Assembly: GCA_002633005.1 (NCBI GenBank)
Contig: NMRA01000447.1
Span: 80,237 to 144,236 of the forward strand
DNA from: Phoronis australis
Taxonomy: Eukaryota; Animalia; Phoronida
DNA: 64,000 bases
Direction: 5' to 3'
A program made the translations under genes and the position numbers. The first letter of the stretch is position 1; the number at the start of each line of letters is the position of its first letter. Under the pieces are notes generated by a model that made no database searches, was not told where the DNA came from, and saw only the letters and a program-made list of their open reading frames with translations. Below, one piece after another: positions 12,256-25,587 of this stretch.

Positions 12256-12483
12256 CTCGTCAGTCTGAGTGGCCTCCGGGAACGTGAAACTCTCAATAGA
12301 GCGCGCCGACGACACGACACTGCCCCCTTCTTCATACTCATCATCAGTAACCTGTGGCACCTCCTGTAGGAAGTTGGATGGTGCCAGCCCTCGTTGACCT
12401 TGCAACTCGGCCATGTAGAACCCATCTTCATCCATGTCACCCAGCACAGTCAGAATATCTCCAGCTTGAAACGACAGCTCCAC
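12256..12483 (-). CDS. RIMBP2: RIMBP exon 25: third SH3 C-terminal half
   Basis: VELSFQAGDILTVLGDMDEDGFYMAELQGQRGLAPSNFL...EATQTDE; cag/gtatga; phases 0-0. Confidence 0.95.
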
Positions 12484-12882
12484 CTGTGGGGAAAGTCGCA
12501 CATAACCACATAAAGTGCATTATCCAGTATCTCTTAAGATGGTCAGTTTGTTGATGTCTGTTTACCAGGACAAGTATTACTTTACGAGAAGGCCTACTTA
12601 CAAGGAATCCTACGACTTCAAAACTGTACGCAGATCTAATTTCAGCAAGTTTAAGAAAGTTGGTTGAAAAAAGGAGCTTTAAAACTACCAGTCAACTTTA
12701 TGCAAAGTAAATATGTCAAGTCAAAAACTCCATGACTTCATGTCAGAATATAACTCTAATATCTCATTTAACTTAAGTTTACAAAATGTAATCAGCCAGC
12801 ATTTTTTTTTGGGAATTGTCACAACTTGGCAACGTTCCTTCCTCATCAAAGTCTTCATGATTAATAGTAAATTGTGACTTAC

Positions 12883-12983
12883 ATCAGCATCAACATTCGG
12901 TGAAAGTTCACTGGGGTCATAGTCGTAAAGAGCTATCATCCGCCGCTTCACACCTGAGACCATACTGGTGTTCACATACTGAT
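12883..12983 (-). CDS. RIMBP2: RIMBP exon 24: third SH3 N-terminal half
   Basis: RRMIALYDYDPSELSPNVDAD; accag/gtaagt; phases 1-0. Confidence 0.93.
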
Positions 12984-13749
12984 CTGGTAAAGTAAAATCA
13001 AATGTATAACAAGAAGACAGTCTTTCACACTATTCTCATATGATCATGGTGATCCCAAGGATAACCACTCTCAGCATGTGCACCAGCTGTGACACAGAAA
13101 ATTTCAACAAGACCCCATCCTGTGATAAAGGCGCCGCTTTGCGTGCTCTTCACTTAATTTTCTCACAATCTATTTTGCTTCTTTTAGCTGTGAAACAAAA
13201 TTTCAAAACGATTCCTCTCGTAATAAAGGCTTCATTCTACTGTTTGCCCTATTCTTCTTTGCTGCTTTCCAATTTGTTCAGCAGTTGCAGAATCCATACC
13301 AAGACCAGTGATCTCCAGGGTTATGAAAGGTGGTGGACAACCAGTTGCAACGTTCGAGCACCAATAATTTGAGGTGTTTATTAAGCGGAAATGAACAATT
13401 TTTAGCTGGGTCATTTTTCTTCAAATATAATTCAATTTACCTTACACTCATTTTAAGCTAATTAATCTTTCCCCAGCCTTTCTTAACTAAGCCAGCAAAA
13501 TTCACGTAGAGATATAGGTGTCATAACTCAGATTAAAGCATCCCGATTCAAACACAATGACTAAAAATTGAACACAATTTGTGCTAAATGACATGTTGGT
13601 CATTGCATTTGCTCCATGAAATGGAATGTAGAAACTCAACAGTTGCATGCATAGTTAATAAGGGTCAGGGTAACAGTGATCAACATTTTAACATATTGGT
13701 TAATCTGAATTTATTGAAATGTCACCCAAACACAGGTTTCCCCCTTTAA

Positions 13750-15510
13750 AGTCCTTCTCTCACGCGATGTTATAAGGATCCAAGAAGTACCTACCCCATA
13801 ACTAATACACGATCCGTACTCGAAAACAGTTTAAATGAACGCTCCACTCATGATTCGCACCCGAAGAAACACCGCCATTTTGAACTTGCCGCGAACCCGG
13901 AAGTACAATTCATTCAGGATCCCAGGCCGAGAAAACGCTGTCAGTGCGACTGGAGCAGTGCCTGTACTGTTACCAGCCAGCAAACAGGGATAAAAAAATC
14001 GACAGCGCGCCTTAATTTTGATAAAATCAAACTACGGACAATTTTATGGAATTTGCTGAAGAAATGTGGCGAATAAATTTTGACAGAAATTATTTTGCCA
14101 GACTCGGGACCGCAGCCTATCGGACCCAGTGCGGATCGAGACCAGACACTGGCGAACGGTAAATGCATGCGGTTGCAAGCTGTTTTGTCGAAGTAGTGGT
14201 CAAATGATAAATGCTGCATATGTTCAAGCCAGGGTAGTTTCAGACACTTGCATGAAATTACGGGCAGGTTAGTTCTGTGTCACACTGCCGCGGCAGACCT
14301 TAGTTAGCCTCAGTCACCAGCTACAAGTGAAGACTATAGTCAAAATACAGCTTGTTAGTAGGCCTATGCAGCCTCCCGTTCAGTAACGCTAGGACCTTGC
14401 TAAAAAGCAAGACTTCGCGAGATTACATGAGACATTGCCGTGCATTTTAAATCAAAGCACGTGACCTTGACTAGGTTTTAGCTAGGTCCTGGCATAGGTC
14501 CTGGCGTCTACTGAACGCATGCCAGCTTTGCGCCAAGACTACCCTTAGGCCTAACTGGTCGCTGGCCACAAACACAAAAAACACGAAAATTGAACAAAGT
14601 TTCTTTTTTGAAGCAACGTTTGTCAAAATGTATCAACGTCTAAATCTTCACAAATTACAAAGTAGCCGACTGAACATGCCTTTCAGTTCAGCAAAAGTCG
14701 ACATGTTGTCGGTGCCGCCAGAAATGAGACGAAGTCCAACGGGAATTGTGAGCGCATTTATCACATAATGAGTAACAACTGCAAGGCTGAAATTTGGTGA
14801 ACACTGCTAAATCGTGCAGAATAGTAAGTAAAGATATGTCTAACTAAATTTCACCGTAATTTGTTGGCGAAAACAATTTACACAAAATTTTAAACTCGTA
14901 ACTCATCCCGCTGTCCTCCAATATGGCCGACGCGATCCAAACAAAGTGACCCAAATTTCGCCACAAAACTTGCAATAACTTTACAGTGCTTGCCCCGATT
15001 TTGATACTTTTTCGATTTTTACTGAGTAGAATGTACTACCTTTCCGATGATAGCAAAGTACTTTTTTAAAACGAGGAAAAAAATAAAACCGAAAAAAAAT
15101 TGGTTCAACCCATATTGGTTCCTAGGTTCGACCGGCCTACGTAAGGAACTACAACACCAATGCTATTTTAACATACTAAGTACGCGTAACATTCCAAAAA
15201 AATCAACGACCACTAACTACAGACTATAAATACACTACATATGCAAACGAATCACGATATATTACTAATAAAACAAAATAATGAAGACTTTTCGAGCAAG
15301 CCATAGCACATTCAGTTACAAGGAAAAAATGGCGGCGCTCAGGACAAGTTCCTGAACTGATGAGCTCAGAGAGAAGGGTCAAATACAGTTCAAAAATCGC
15401 TTTTGGCAAGAAAGGCGAAAAGAATATACAGAAAGGGTGTCGAAAATAAGAATTTATGTAGTAAGTATTTTCGGATACTGGAACCACATGGGCAGTTTGC
15501 AAGAAGGACT
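13750..15510. mobile_element. Non-autonomous TTAA-target element (Kolobok-like)
   Basis: TTAA-AGTCCTTCT ... AGAAGGACT-TTAA; CpG-richer interior without a credible ORF. Confidence 0.75.
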
Positions 15511-15632
15511 TTAAGGCAATGAGTACAGTCTGACATTGAAACTATTAGTTTAATGTTTTACTTTAATTGGTGCTTATTATACTATGTTTGTGCGTCTGTT
15601 TGATAGGGACTCATAAGAACCCAGTGTGCAGG

Positions 15633-15860
15633 TTTTATAACTTGTACCACGACTATACAAGTTTATAACTTGCACCACGACTATGCAAGTTTATAACTTG
15701 CACCACGACTATACAAGTTTATAACTTGTACCACGACTATACAAGTTTATAACTTGTACCACGACTATACAAGTTTATAACTTGTACCACGACTATACAA
15801 GTTTATAACTTGTACCACGACTATACAAGTTTATAACTTGTACCACGACTATACAAGTTT
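15633..15860. repeat. 28-bp minisatellite, ~8 copies
   Basis: Unit GTTTATAACTTGTACCACGACTATACAA, head to tail with no spacers. Confidence 0.95.
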
Positions 15861-15966
15861 CCAGATTAAAAACTAAGCCTCCTTACACTCATTTAGTTCA
15901 ATTCCACTGTAAATTCGTTCACATCTCAAAAATGATTACCAACTTACAGAACGTCTGATGACCTAC

Positions 15967-16252
15967 CAGGCGTGGATGTCTTAGGTGTTGACGGTTCTTC
16001 AATAGCAGTCATCTTCACAGAAGGGTCAGTTAACCTATCCCCCGCCCCTACCAGCGCGTCCCCACTCAGAGACGGTGACCCCAGTTCCGTAGATGTATTA
16101 TTGAGCAGTGTGACTGTACCATTTTCCAACAGTTGAATAGCCAATTGAGGATCCTCTACGTCGAACTCAGAAACCATATTACACGGCACATAGCCAGTCC
16201 TGCCATTGGCTTCGCCGCGGTAGAACCCATCTTCATCCTTTTCCCCATACAC
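15967..16252 (-). CDS. RIMBP2: RIMBP exon 23: second SH3 C-terminal half plus linker
   Basis: VYGEKDEDGFYRGEANGRTGYVPCNMVSE; donor G/gtaggt chosen because it gives the phase 1 needed by exon 24. Confidence 0.88.
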
Positions 16253-16630
16253 CTGCAGAAAAACAAAAAAGAAATTTGCTGGAATCCAGTTTCTAAATAT
16301 CAGTTGCTAGTGTGTGTGGAAAGGTCAGTCAGTGTAGTTATGAGACTAAAGTAAGCCCGATTCACCACTTATAAAGTGACCATGTCACCTGCCATGAAAC
16401 AATATGTAACTCATAAAACCGAAGCATTCCCGTCCTTGATAACCACATACAGCATTACACAAACCTATATTGACTATGAAGGCCAGGCTACAAAACATAC
16501 GGACTATGAACACATTTCCATGATCAATACAATTCATTAGAAAATGTACCGATTCATTATTAATAAAATATACCGCAGAACTGCTTTTACATGTTGCACT
16601 TATGCCAATTTTGTGTTCTCATCGTCTTAC

Positions 16631-17067
16631 CTTAATCAGCTGTCCTTCTTTAAATGGCAATTCTTCCTCAATGGCATCTGGATTAGGTGACATCACTGTT
16701 GGGTCGTAATCAAACAGAGCCACGAACACGCGCATGACACTGTCGTCGAGGGTCAACTCAGAGCCACCAGGTAATGTGTCGTCTTCATACTCAGTCATGT
16801 CAGACTCCTGCAGCGAGTTCTCCGACCCCTTAGTCCTGTTGTGTTCAACATCACGTTCATCAGCAGATGGTGCTGGTTTGTGACTGCTAGCATGGTGTTT
16901 AGTTTCTGGTTGGTGTACTGATTGGTTGTCGCTGTTGACTGGTGAAACATCTGGCTTCAGTTGATAACTTTTCACCTCCTCATCTTTTTCAACACTATCA
17001 CAGTGGTCATTTTCAGACTCTTCCTCTGAAGTACTGTTAGCTTCAACACTGCTCGTTTTTGTAATTT
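16631..17067 (-). CDS. RIMBP2: RIMBP exon 22: linker and second SH3 N-terminal half
   Basis: EITK...RVFVALFDYDPTVMSPNPDAIEEELPFKEGQLIK; ttttag/gtaaga; phases 1-0. Confidence 0.95.
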
Positions 17068-17434
17068 CTAAAAGAGAATAAAATCTCTTACACATTGTTC
17101 AAATTGGAGGCATTTTTGTTACAATGACGCAGTTTTAATGAGCCTGATGCAAAATTCAGTGCACGCGCGTCATAATTATTGAAGCACGATTTTCCGATGG
17201 TAACCATTAGTAACTACAAAAAAATAACAAGTCTTAACTCGGTACCAAGTTAAAATAACTAACTAGTATGCTAATAAGTTGTTCCTTAGTGAAATGACTA
17301 TAAAAATAATCACACTGTATTGAAATGATGCAATGCAATGTCCTGAACACAACAGGCAAATTGACACAGAATGTTCTAACAAAAGACTGATGGTAAACAA
17401 ATTGCCCCAAATTCATCAAAAACCCATGGCTCAC

Positions 17435-17632
17435 TGCACCCAATCTGAAAAAACATAAGGTGGTACAGTGATGGATCTAATTTCTTTGAAATAATAATAA
17501 TATTAATTGTCAACCCCAAAGACTATGTATTTTTGCACCCAATCTGAAAAACATAAGGTGGTACAGTGATGGATCTAATTTCTTTGAAATAATAATAATA
17601 TTAATTGTCAACCCCAAAGACTATGTATTTTT
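17435..17632. repeat. ~99-bp tandem duplication
   Basis: TGCACCCAATCTGAAAA...AAAGACTATGTATTTTT occurs twice, nearly identical. Confidence 0.9.
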
Positions 17633-18324
17633 AAAATCCTTGGAGACACCAGAATCACATCATAAGCATGAGAATAATGTCCTGTTGTATTCTATATTAT
17701 GACCACGCCAGTTTTCATGGATAACAAATTTTGATAAGCATTGTCTTGTTTGAACGAAGCATGGTTGTCAAAAATCAAGACTTTCAAGGAACGTTAATGC
17801 CAGTTTAGTTCTTGTGCTTAGATCTTAAAAGAAAGCACAGGCACACCTGTGTTGTTAACAGCATAAAGAGACAGAACTTATTAATACAAGCTTCATTCAA
17901 AAAGTTCAGTGTCTATGGAAGTCATGGTGTACTGCATGAAACATTACGTCGCATGACAATCAATGCCAGGTCAGTATTTTAAAACAAAAGACAAGATCAA
18001 ATAAATGTAACCATCGAGGATTTTTAAAAATAATTACGTAGTTTCAAGAGCTTGTAATAACACAAAAAGTTATGCATCAATCTGATCCTTGGTAACAAAG
18101 TTGGTCTATTACAAGACAGTAACTGTAACCAAGTTGACAAGTTACTGCTTAAAAATTAACATGCTACACTTAAAAAAACGACGTTTTCCAAAACTGATGC
18201 TTGTGCTCTTCCTTAGTTCTCCAGTAAAGACATGATGCTTAAAAATGATGCCGGTGCCGAGCAGACCCAAACAATTGTGATTATCTGCCTTATACACACG
18301 AACATTTCCATTATGGCTTAATAC

Positions 18325-18613
18325 CTATTTGTGGTATAACCACCCTACTGGAATTTGGTGGTGTAGATGACTGAGTAATAGGGCCATCAACAGAGGCTGG
18401 GCGAGCTTTTGGCTCCACTGTTCTGAAGGCTGATGACTGTGTGCAGTGTGCTGGCTCAACTGGTTTAAAAACGGTCTCCAGGGTGCTGTTTGAATGCACG
18501 GGCTGTAAGGGACTGTGCCTTGTATCACCAACTTTGGGCTGGCCTTCTAAGTCTTCGTTTTCTTGAGCAGATCCATTCATTGGCTCATTGTCTGAAGCTT
18601 TATGAAGTGATTT
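18325..18613 (-). CDS. RIMBP2: RIMBP exon 21: disordered linker
   Basis: KSLHKASDNEPMNG...VVIPQI; tttag/gtatta; phases 0-1. Confidence 0.85.
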
Positions 18614-19778
18614 CTAAAAAAGATATTTATACCACGTCTTGATAAGGCAGTGAAGCAACCATGTATCCAACAATCTTAGTTCAATGTCAGTTTAACTCAC
18701 ACAATTACCAAAGCGAAAGAAACCAAGAATATGCAACGAAGGTAAACTGATTAAGAAATAAATGTTTACTACTATGTATACTTAGTGTTTCATCTCAGGA
18801 AAGTACTTCATGTTGCACCAAGCTAGACTAATAACCCACAATCAAAGTCCCCACCTCAAAAACTGTACAGGTTTTCTTACTACAGGCACTCCTTGGTCAT
18901 GAATAAAACATGTTTTCACCAAGAACCCCAGGTGTGCCTAACTGTGGCAGACATTTCAGTAACGTACCATGCATGTGCATCTTATCCAAGAGAGTTTGTA
19001 ATTCATGCTGAGCAAACAAATCTGTTCATGAGCAAAGAACTGCACTATCATTAAAACACCTGTGCGGTTCGTGGGGGAAGAATACTATGCAACCTATGCG
19101 TACATTTTCAGGCTGCTTTACATTTTGTACACAATGTCACCTATAATAAATCGTACTGTGTGTGCTGTTTCAACATAAAAAATTGTATTGCATCTCCTGG
19201 TTCAATAACAGGGCAATTAATTTGTACTTGTCACCGAAAAATATCACAAGGCCTCCCGATAAAAAAATCGCACTGTGTGCGCTGGCTTTTAAATGTTAGT
19301 TTACACCAGTCATCCTGGAGTTTTTAAAATAAATAAGACAGACTTCAACAGAGCTTGGCCAGAATCTTCCAAATTTGCCAGAATTCTATGGCAGTTTAGA
19401 CGAATTTTGAAACAATAAAATGGTGTTTTTGTTGAACATTTGGTGGAGTTTCAATGTGATGTTATTGCGCCTAACCACTTATTGTTTATTTGCGACTGAA
19501 CTTGCACTGTAAGTTGTCGTGATTTTGACAACCAGTGTGAAGCAACAACTGTTAAGATTTCGTCAAGATTTAGCCAGAATTGAAACGGGTTCTACTAAAA
19601 AATGGATAACTAGTTGATATTTTGTGCGACAAAGCTTCCAATGTTGACCTCTTTATTTTGAAACTACAGCAGGCCACTACACTAAGAGTAATTACAAGGG
19701 ACTGAGCTCACAATGACACTACAAACATTCCAACAGAGAAGTGCCAGTTACGTTGGTTTCAATAGTTTGATTTCTCAC

Positions 19779-19904
19779 CTCATCATTTAACCCAGGAAGA
19801 CTGAGGTCAAGGTCATCAAAGTCATCCTCCTCTTCAACCTCAGCGATGTCAGACAGTTCGGATGAACTACTGTCGATAATCTCACGGTAACTCTGAGGTG
19901 AAGT
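19779..19904 (-). CDS. RIMBP2: RIMBP exon 20: acidic motif
   Basis: TSPQSYREIIDSSSSELSDIAEVEEEDD...NDE; tgtag/gtgaga; phases 0-0. Confidence 0.9.
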
Positions 19905-20983
19905 CTACAACAAAAATGCCATTACTTAGATCAGGCAAATGAATGAACAGAGTCAGAAAGACAAACCTTCACGTCACCAACAGGGAAGATTTTATTTTTC
20001 AGTTCAAACTAAAACATTAGTTAAAGGCATATTTCCTCAATTCTCACGCCTAAAAACTGTGAAAACATTTCATTAACTAAAATACAGTGATAACAATTGG
20101 TTATAACCATAAGACGGAACTGTGATTGATATAAAGCAGGACCCAGTTTTGGAAGAATTGGTTCAACCTTACTGTTTTGTGGAGCTCTAGAAAAATGTCC
20201 ACCTTGATTAACATTGGAACTGTTACGATCATCATGTGTCAGAAATGGCTGATCGATTTCATATGAAATGTTGAGATACCGTGTTATGCAATGTTCTCCA
20301 ACAGGCTGATAGGAATTGTTTTAAAATTGACCCACTTTTGCACTGCTCTCAAAAATGAACTATTTCTAAATCGGTCCACGTTTGCATGAGGGGTTATCAA
20401 AATAGGACTTCGATGATTTATATGAAAAAAGTTGCATAAAACAAAAACAGAATCATATGATAACTTAGAAGACTGTAACAGCCTTTTTGAGATTTCATCT
20501 TGAACAATAACATCAACCGAAATTTGACTGCGTTATTGATATTAGTTCGCTATGATTGTACCTTTCTTTTTTCATAAATTTTACTAAAAAGACAAGGTCA
20601 TCTAACCCAATCACCGAATGATTGATGGAAAAAAATCAAGTTCCACATGCTTCCTGCTTTCAAAAAGTATACTGTATATACTTTTCTCGAGTTAACTTCA
20701 GTATTGTAGCTATTTTGCTGAATGCTCAGACCTTAGCTCATCCATTACAGTCCCCCTACCATGGGTACTTACGTCAATATAATGTCTCTGAAATATCTCA
20801 TTAACCAATGTTTTATTAATCACAGAAAATACATTTGGACAACTAAACCTGAATATTCATAGTACAATGATGCCTGACTAAGGTGTGCACTCTGTGAGAC
20901 AGTATTCTCTAGGTCAATTCGAAAACCAAGTTTGTTATCATTGCATGATCGAGTGGTTAATAACTACCACCTCAAGTACTTAC

Positions 20984-21163
20984 ATCTCGGTCTGAATTCA
21001 GAATCGCCATATTTTTATTGACCATTTCCATCAAGGAATCTGCATCAGGTGATGAAGAATTAAGAGGTTGTGGCTTGGCTGCTTCAGTGACTTGTTGGTG
21101 ATCTACCTGGTCATCCGATGCTGCTTTAATTGGACCATTTGCAGTGGGAGCTTGACTGTGCTT
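20984..21163 (-). CDS. RIMBP2: RIMBP exon 19
   Basis: KHSQAPTANG...ILNSDRD, 60 open codons; ttccag/gtaagt; phases 0-0. Confidence 0.82.
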
Positions 21164-21765
21164 CTGGAAGCAATTGTATCAAAAACCTAATACCACAATG
21201 ACCATGGAACAAGCACACATAACAACTGGTCCAGTTACCATTGTCTTATAACCTCACTATAACTAATGTTAAAACACTTGATATTGGTTGTACCTGGTAT
21301 GACATTTTTTCGTAACGTGACGTGGTGACAAGGCTTTTGATTTAATAGAAATCCATCAGACTATATCAAACTATCAACAAATAAACAATTAATGACAAGG
21401 CACGGTAACTCCACATTAAGCTCTGGCTAAAATCAGAAAAAATGCTTTTTTATTCCATGAAGGAAAGTTCAAATAAAATGTTAAACAATTCTGGCAAGAA
21501 GTCTGTTTGACAGAGATTTGTATAATTGTGTATAAATTACTTTATTTCGAAAACAATAGCAGCTGAAGTTGCGCAAACACAATATCACATTCAGATCCCA
21601 GTGCTTTAACAAGATCGAAGTTCATTAACCAGAAAAGTGCAGCTAGGTACCAGCACACACCAATTACTTGTAGCACATAACACAAAATAAACACAGCACA
21701 TGACCTACAACCGAGACTGCATTTGACATCTGTTTGCTATAGGGATTAATTCACATCCCAATTAC

Positions 21766-21950
21766 CTGATCAATGTTGATCTTTTGTACATTATCTCCCC
21801 TGACCTTTGGTGACACACTCGGCCAGAGATTGACTGGTATTTCTACAGATTCCGACTCAGCAGACATGACATTGGTGGACAGGGTGCGCACCGTTACATG
21901 TTTCACCGACTGTTTACCAAGGTGGGACAGTTCAATAACGGCATGGTCAA
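21766..21950 (-). CDS. RIMBP2: RIMBP exon 18: third FN3 C-terminal part
   Basis: DHAVIEL...VTVRTLSTNVMSAESESVEIP; tttcag/gtaatt; phases 1-0. Confidence 0.9.
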
Positions 21951-22434
21951 CTGAAATTATGAAGTGTACATTGTTCAAACAACAGTTTATAACATTCAGA
22001 ACACAATGAACTATCCCTTCCCATGAATATTAAATGAAAAACACTGAACAGCCACATAACACTTATAAAACCTAGTGTGCACAATGGTGCAATGAAATCT
22101 GCATCCAACGCATTAAAACACATGAATTTCAACTATGAACTCACAATGCAGATTTAGTTCAAGTTGTAAAAGCCCAATTAAAATGAATTAGAAACACTGA
22201 TCAATCTATTTTTTAAACTTTTCGCATAAGAAATTGATCTAAGTTATTTATTTTATTTTAACTTTTCGTGTATTGAACCAAAACCAAAGCGAAAAAAAGA
22301 TCAGAGCGGAAAACCGATAAATTACCAAGAATACAATGAATCCAATATTCTTAACCAATCAGCTGTTTATCTCTTTGGTAAACTTTTAGTCGTGTTTTGC
22401 CTCAGATCAAAACAGTTATCGCTAGTGCCCATAC

Positions 22435-22611
22435 CTGTAGAAGAGTCTAGTTGCTTTACTTTGTGTTTATCCACATAGATCATGTATCCAGTGACTACCG
22501 CACCATTAGATGTCCCCGCTGTGTTCAAAGTGACAGGAAGCCATGTGACCAGCAGGGTGCCAGGTTGAGACCCCGCTTCCACTTGTACTCCGACAGGGGC
22601 TTCAGGTAAAC
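22435..22611 (-). CDS. RIMBP2: RIMBP exon 17: third FN3 N-terminal part
   Basis: GLPEAPVGVQVEAGSQPGTLLVTWLPVTLNTAGTSNGAVVTGY; phases 1-1. Confidence 0.95.
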
Positions 22612-23668
22612 CTGTGAAGAAACAGAAACATAACAGGTCAAGAAAGAAAACCACAAATAAAAGGAGTTCCATATGCGCACCCTGGGGTAATTAAATACCA
22701 CGGCTATTTTTTGGAAACATGTGTACCTCTATGGAGTCTTGTTTTGCTTTGTTTGCCATTGCTGTGGCTAGCATGAACAAACGTCATAANAATTTAAGTA
22801 GGACCTTATCCAAAAGTCCTTGTATTTAGCCAAATATTTACAAAACTATAGACTGAGTTTACGACAGCAAAAGTATATATTTTCTGAAAGTAGAAATCCT
22901 GGAGAATCTTTACCAGACTGTTGCTATTATTTGAGTCACATGACCAGTTTTTTTCAGTAAAATTTAGCAAAACAGAAAGGGGCATTGCAGTGCTTGAAAC
23001 AGGTGAGCATATATTAGATTTGCACTCATGAAAAGTGACAAGCGGTTGTTGGCGACCAAACAAAGAAGAAATAAAAAAAATGAAAAAAATAAAAAAATGA
23101 AAACTAAAATCCCGAACGTCCACTGCATGCCTGTTCAAATACTACGAGCGAAGCCAATTTCCTACTGGTACTTTTTCTACTTGTATTTGCGAGCGTGTAC
23201 TCGCTTATGTCGAGCACTGCATCGATAGCAAAACAACTTTACCAATAAAATTTATTATACTACCCAAATTTCATTTGACATAAATATATTCAAGATGAAA
23301 TCTCAAAGACACGGTTAGTTTCCTAAATTGTCATTTCATTTTCATTCATGCAACTTTTCTATAAAAGTCAGAGAAGTCCTATTTTTGATATCCCCTGACC
23401 AAAGGTGCCACATTATAAAAACAACTTTGAACAGCGTTTTGGAGAACAGTGTACAAAGCGTAATATCTGAAAGTTTCATACAAACCTGATCACCCACTCC
23501 TGAAATGCGATATTCCGAAATAAGCCGAATGTGGACAGTTTGGTAGCTAAGGTCATTAACAGATGTGTGATATCACATGACCGGATACAATCATGGACTA
23601 CTCTGAATGAACGGAAATACTCCCCACCTGACTGGTATATGACCAGACATAGTACATTACATTCTTAC

Positions 23669-23791
23669 CTCCTGGTAATGTCTTGAAGGTGATGAGAGTT
23701 GAAACGGCCTTTATTGACTTGGCAGGCAGTTTATCCTCTGGCCAGTTCTTGCAACACACCGTGATACTATACTCACTTGACGGGTTCAGAT
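23669..23791 (-). CDS. RIMBP2: RIMBP exon 16: second FN3 C-terminal part
   Basis: LNPSSEYSITVCCK...ITFKTLPG; tgtag/gtaaga; phases 1-1. Confidence 0.9.
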
Positions 23792-24389
23792 CTACAATAA
23801 ATAAGTCGTTTTAAATCTACAGACAACAGTAAATCCAGCCACCAAGTGCTATTTTTGTAGTTATGAATAAGATATCACGGAAGAAATACTCAGTTAACTT
23901 TAACGACACTTGCGAAAGCAAAGAGTGTCTTAAACAAAATTAAACACTTTCTATGACTCACAAAACCCAATGAGAATTATTTCGCAAATCACCAAGTAGC
24001 AACGCCATCAGAAAACAAAAGAAAACACAATCATAGCAGATGCAAACACTAGCTTTCAACCAAGAAATGTTTCTTGATTCACAAAAGAGTATGCAGGATT
24101 CGAACTAGCTTGACCTGCTACTCAATACCAACACCCAGTAAATCTATGATCATGGCTAGTCCTAGGGCACAAAACAGGCATAAAATTTAATATTTTGGTT
24201 GAGAATCTAGATATTCAGGCCAACTTTATGTATTCTGCAGCTATCAATACATTTAATATTTAAACGATGTAAATTTTCATAACAACAGCAGGATGACATT
24301 ATTTAAGCTGCAATTACTGCTAGAAGTTGTATGAAATCAGTAATTAATAAAATTACTGAAACACAGAAGACCAACAGATTAGAACTCAC

Positions 24390-24551
24390 TAGTCACGGAG
24401 TATTTAAATGCACCAGGGGGCAGCACTCGGTCTATGGCACCATTTACAAGGACCAAGTGGGAGTAGTTACTGTTGCCAGGGAACCATGTTATATCAGCTG
24501 ATGTGGACGTGATGTTCGACGCTTTCAGTTGAGTGGGAGCTAAAGGCGACA
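24390..24551 (-). CDS. RIMBP2: RIMBP exon 15: second FN3 N-terminal part
   Basis: APTQLKASNITSTSADITWFPGNSNYSHLVLVNG; ctgtag/gtgagt; phases 1-1. Confidence 0.93.
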
Positions 24552-25308
24552 CTACAGACAGACAAAGAGATCATTAGATTATAAAACCACGGAAATAAGC
24601 AAATCATGTGTATCTTGTCTTTGAAGACTCAGCAGATGGCAAACATTCACTGAGATTACGTTAACAGCAAAAATAGAATCGATGACCCTCTTTAGTAGTT
24701 GAACAGCGTTACAATGCGTCTGGTTATCACATAAGTAAGATTAATAAAGCTTCACACATGCCATGTGTTGGCCACATTATGTGACCAGTAGTAAAGTTTT
24801 TAAAGATCTTTGCATGAGTAGCAGAAAGTCCCGGTTCATACCCCTGTCAGGACAGAGATCTTTACACATTTGACTACAGATGACGTGATGTGACCAACAT
24901 TTGGTGTGTATCAAGATTAATAAATCTTACCTATACGATATCATCACACTAATTTATAACAACACAATAATTATATGATTGTCTGTTTGCTAATGATCAT
25001 TGGAATCTAATGTTGCTTTCTACAAGGGCCTGTACTGCCCACTAACTCATTCGGTTGCTACATCTTTTTCCTAAATTCAACACCCTAAAAGTAATGAGCC
25101 ACGTTTTGAGCTTGCGTGACAATTTGAACAACTGATATCTGTTCAATTAAACAGTGAACTTTGGTGGCGACAATAAAATTTCCAGACACACCCTGGGAAG
25201 ATTTGGTGTAATAATGCGCTTCGTCTATAGTTTTCCGCTCAACTTATAAAACAGCATCAGTCTCACTTTAGGCCATCAATGTCAGCACCAGCCAAAGCCA
25301 GACTATAC

Positions 25309-25587
25309 CTTTGCCAATAGTGATAGTACACTCTTGATCATGTGACTCCAAACCCTCCACTGTCACAGTCCTCACACAGATTCTGTGAGCCTGCTTGGCC
25401 TTTACACCTTCCACAAGAGCAGCTGTTCGCTCATTAGCCGAGATGGATGTTTTCAACTGGTTGTCCACATATATGTGATAGGCGGTCACACTGGAGAGGT
25501 CGACCCCACTAGGAGGGGTCCACCTGATCAAGACACTGTTGGACAGCTGACGTTCAAGGGTTAGCTTCTTGGGCGATGGCACTATAA
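25309..25587 (-). CDS. RIMBP2: RIMBP exon 14: first FN3
   Basis: VPSPKKLTLERQLSNSVLIRWTPP...CTITIGK; phases 1-1; alternative in-frame acceptor gives 25581. Confidence 0.93.

Noticed and set aside
15633-15860. 28-bp palindromic repeats resembling a CRISPR array
   Set aside because: No unique spacers, no cas genes, intron of an animal gene
24775-24870. tRNA-like sequence (also 520, 5795, 43760, 55818)
   Set aside because: Stems incomplete and no proper terminator; treated as SINE heads, not tRNA genes
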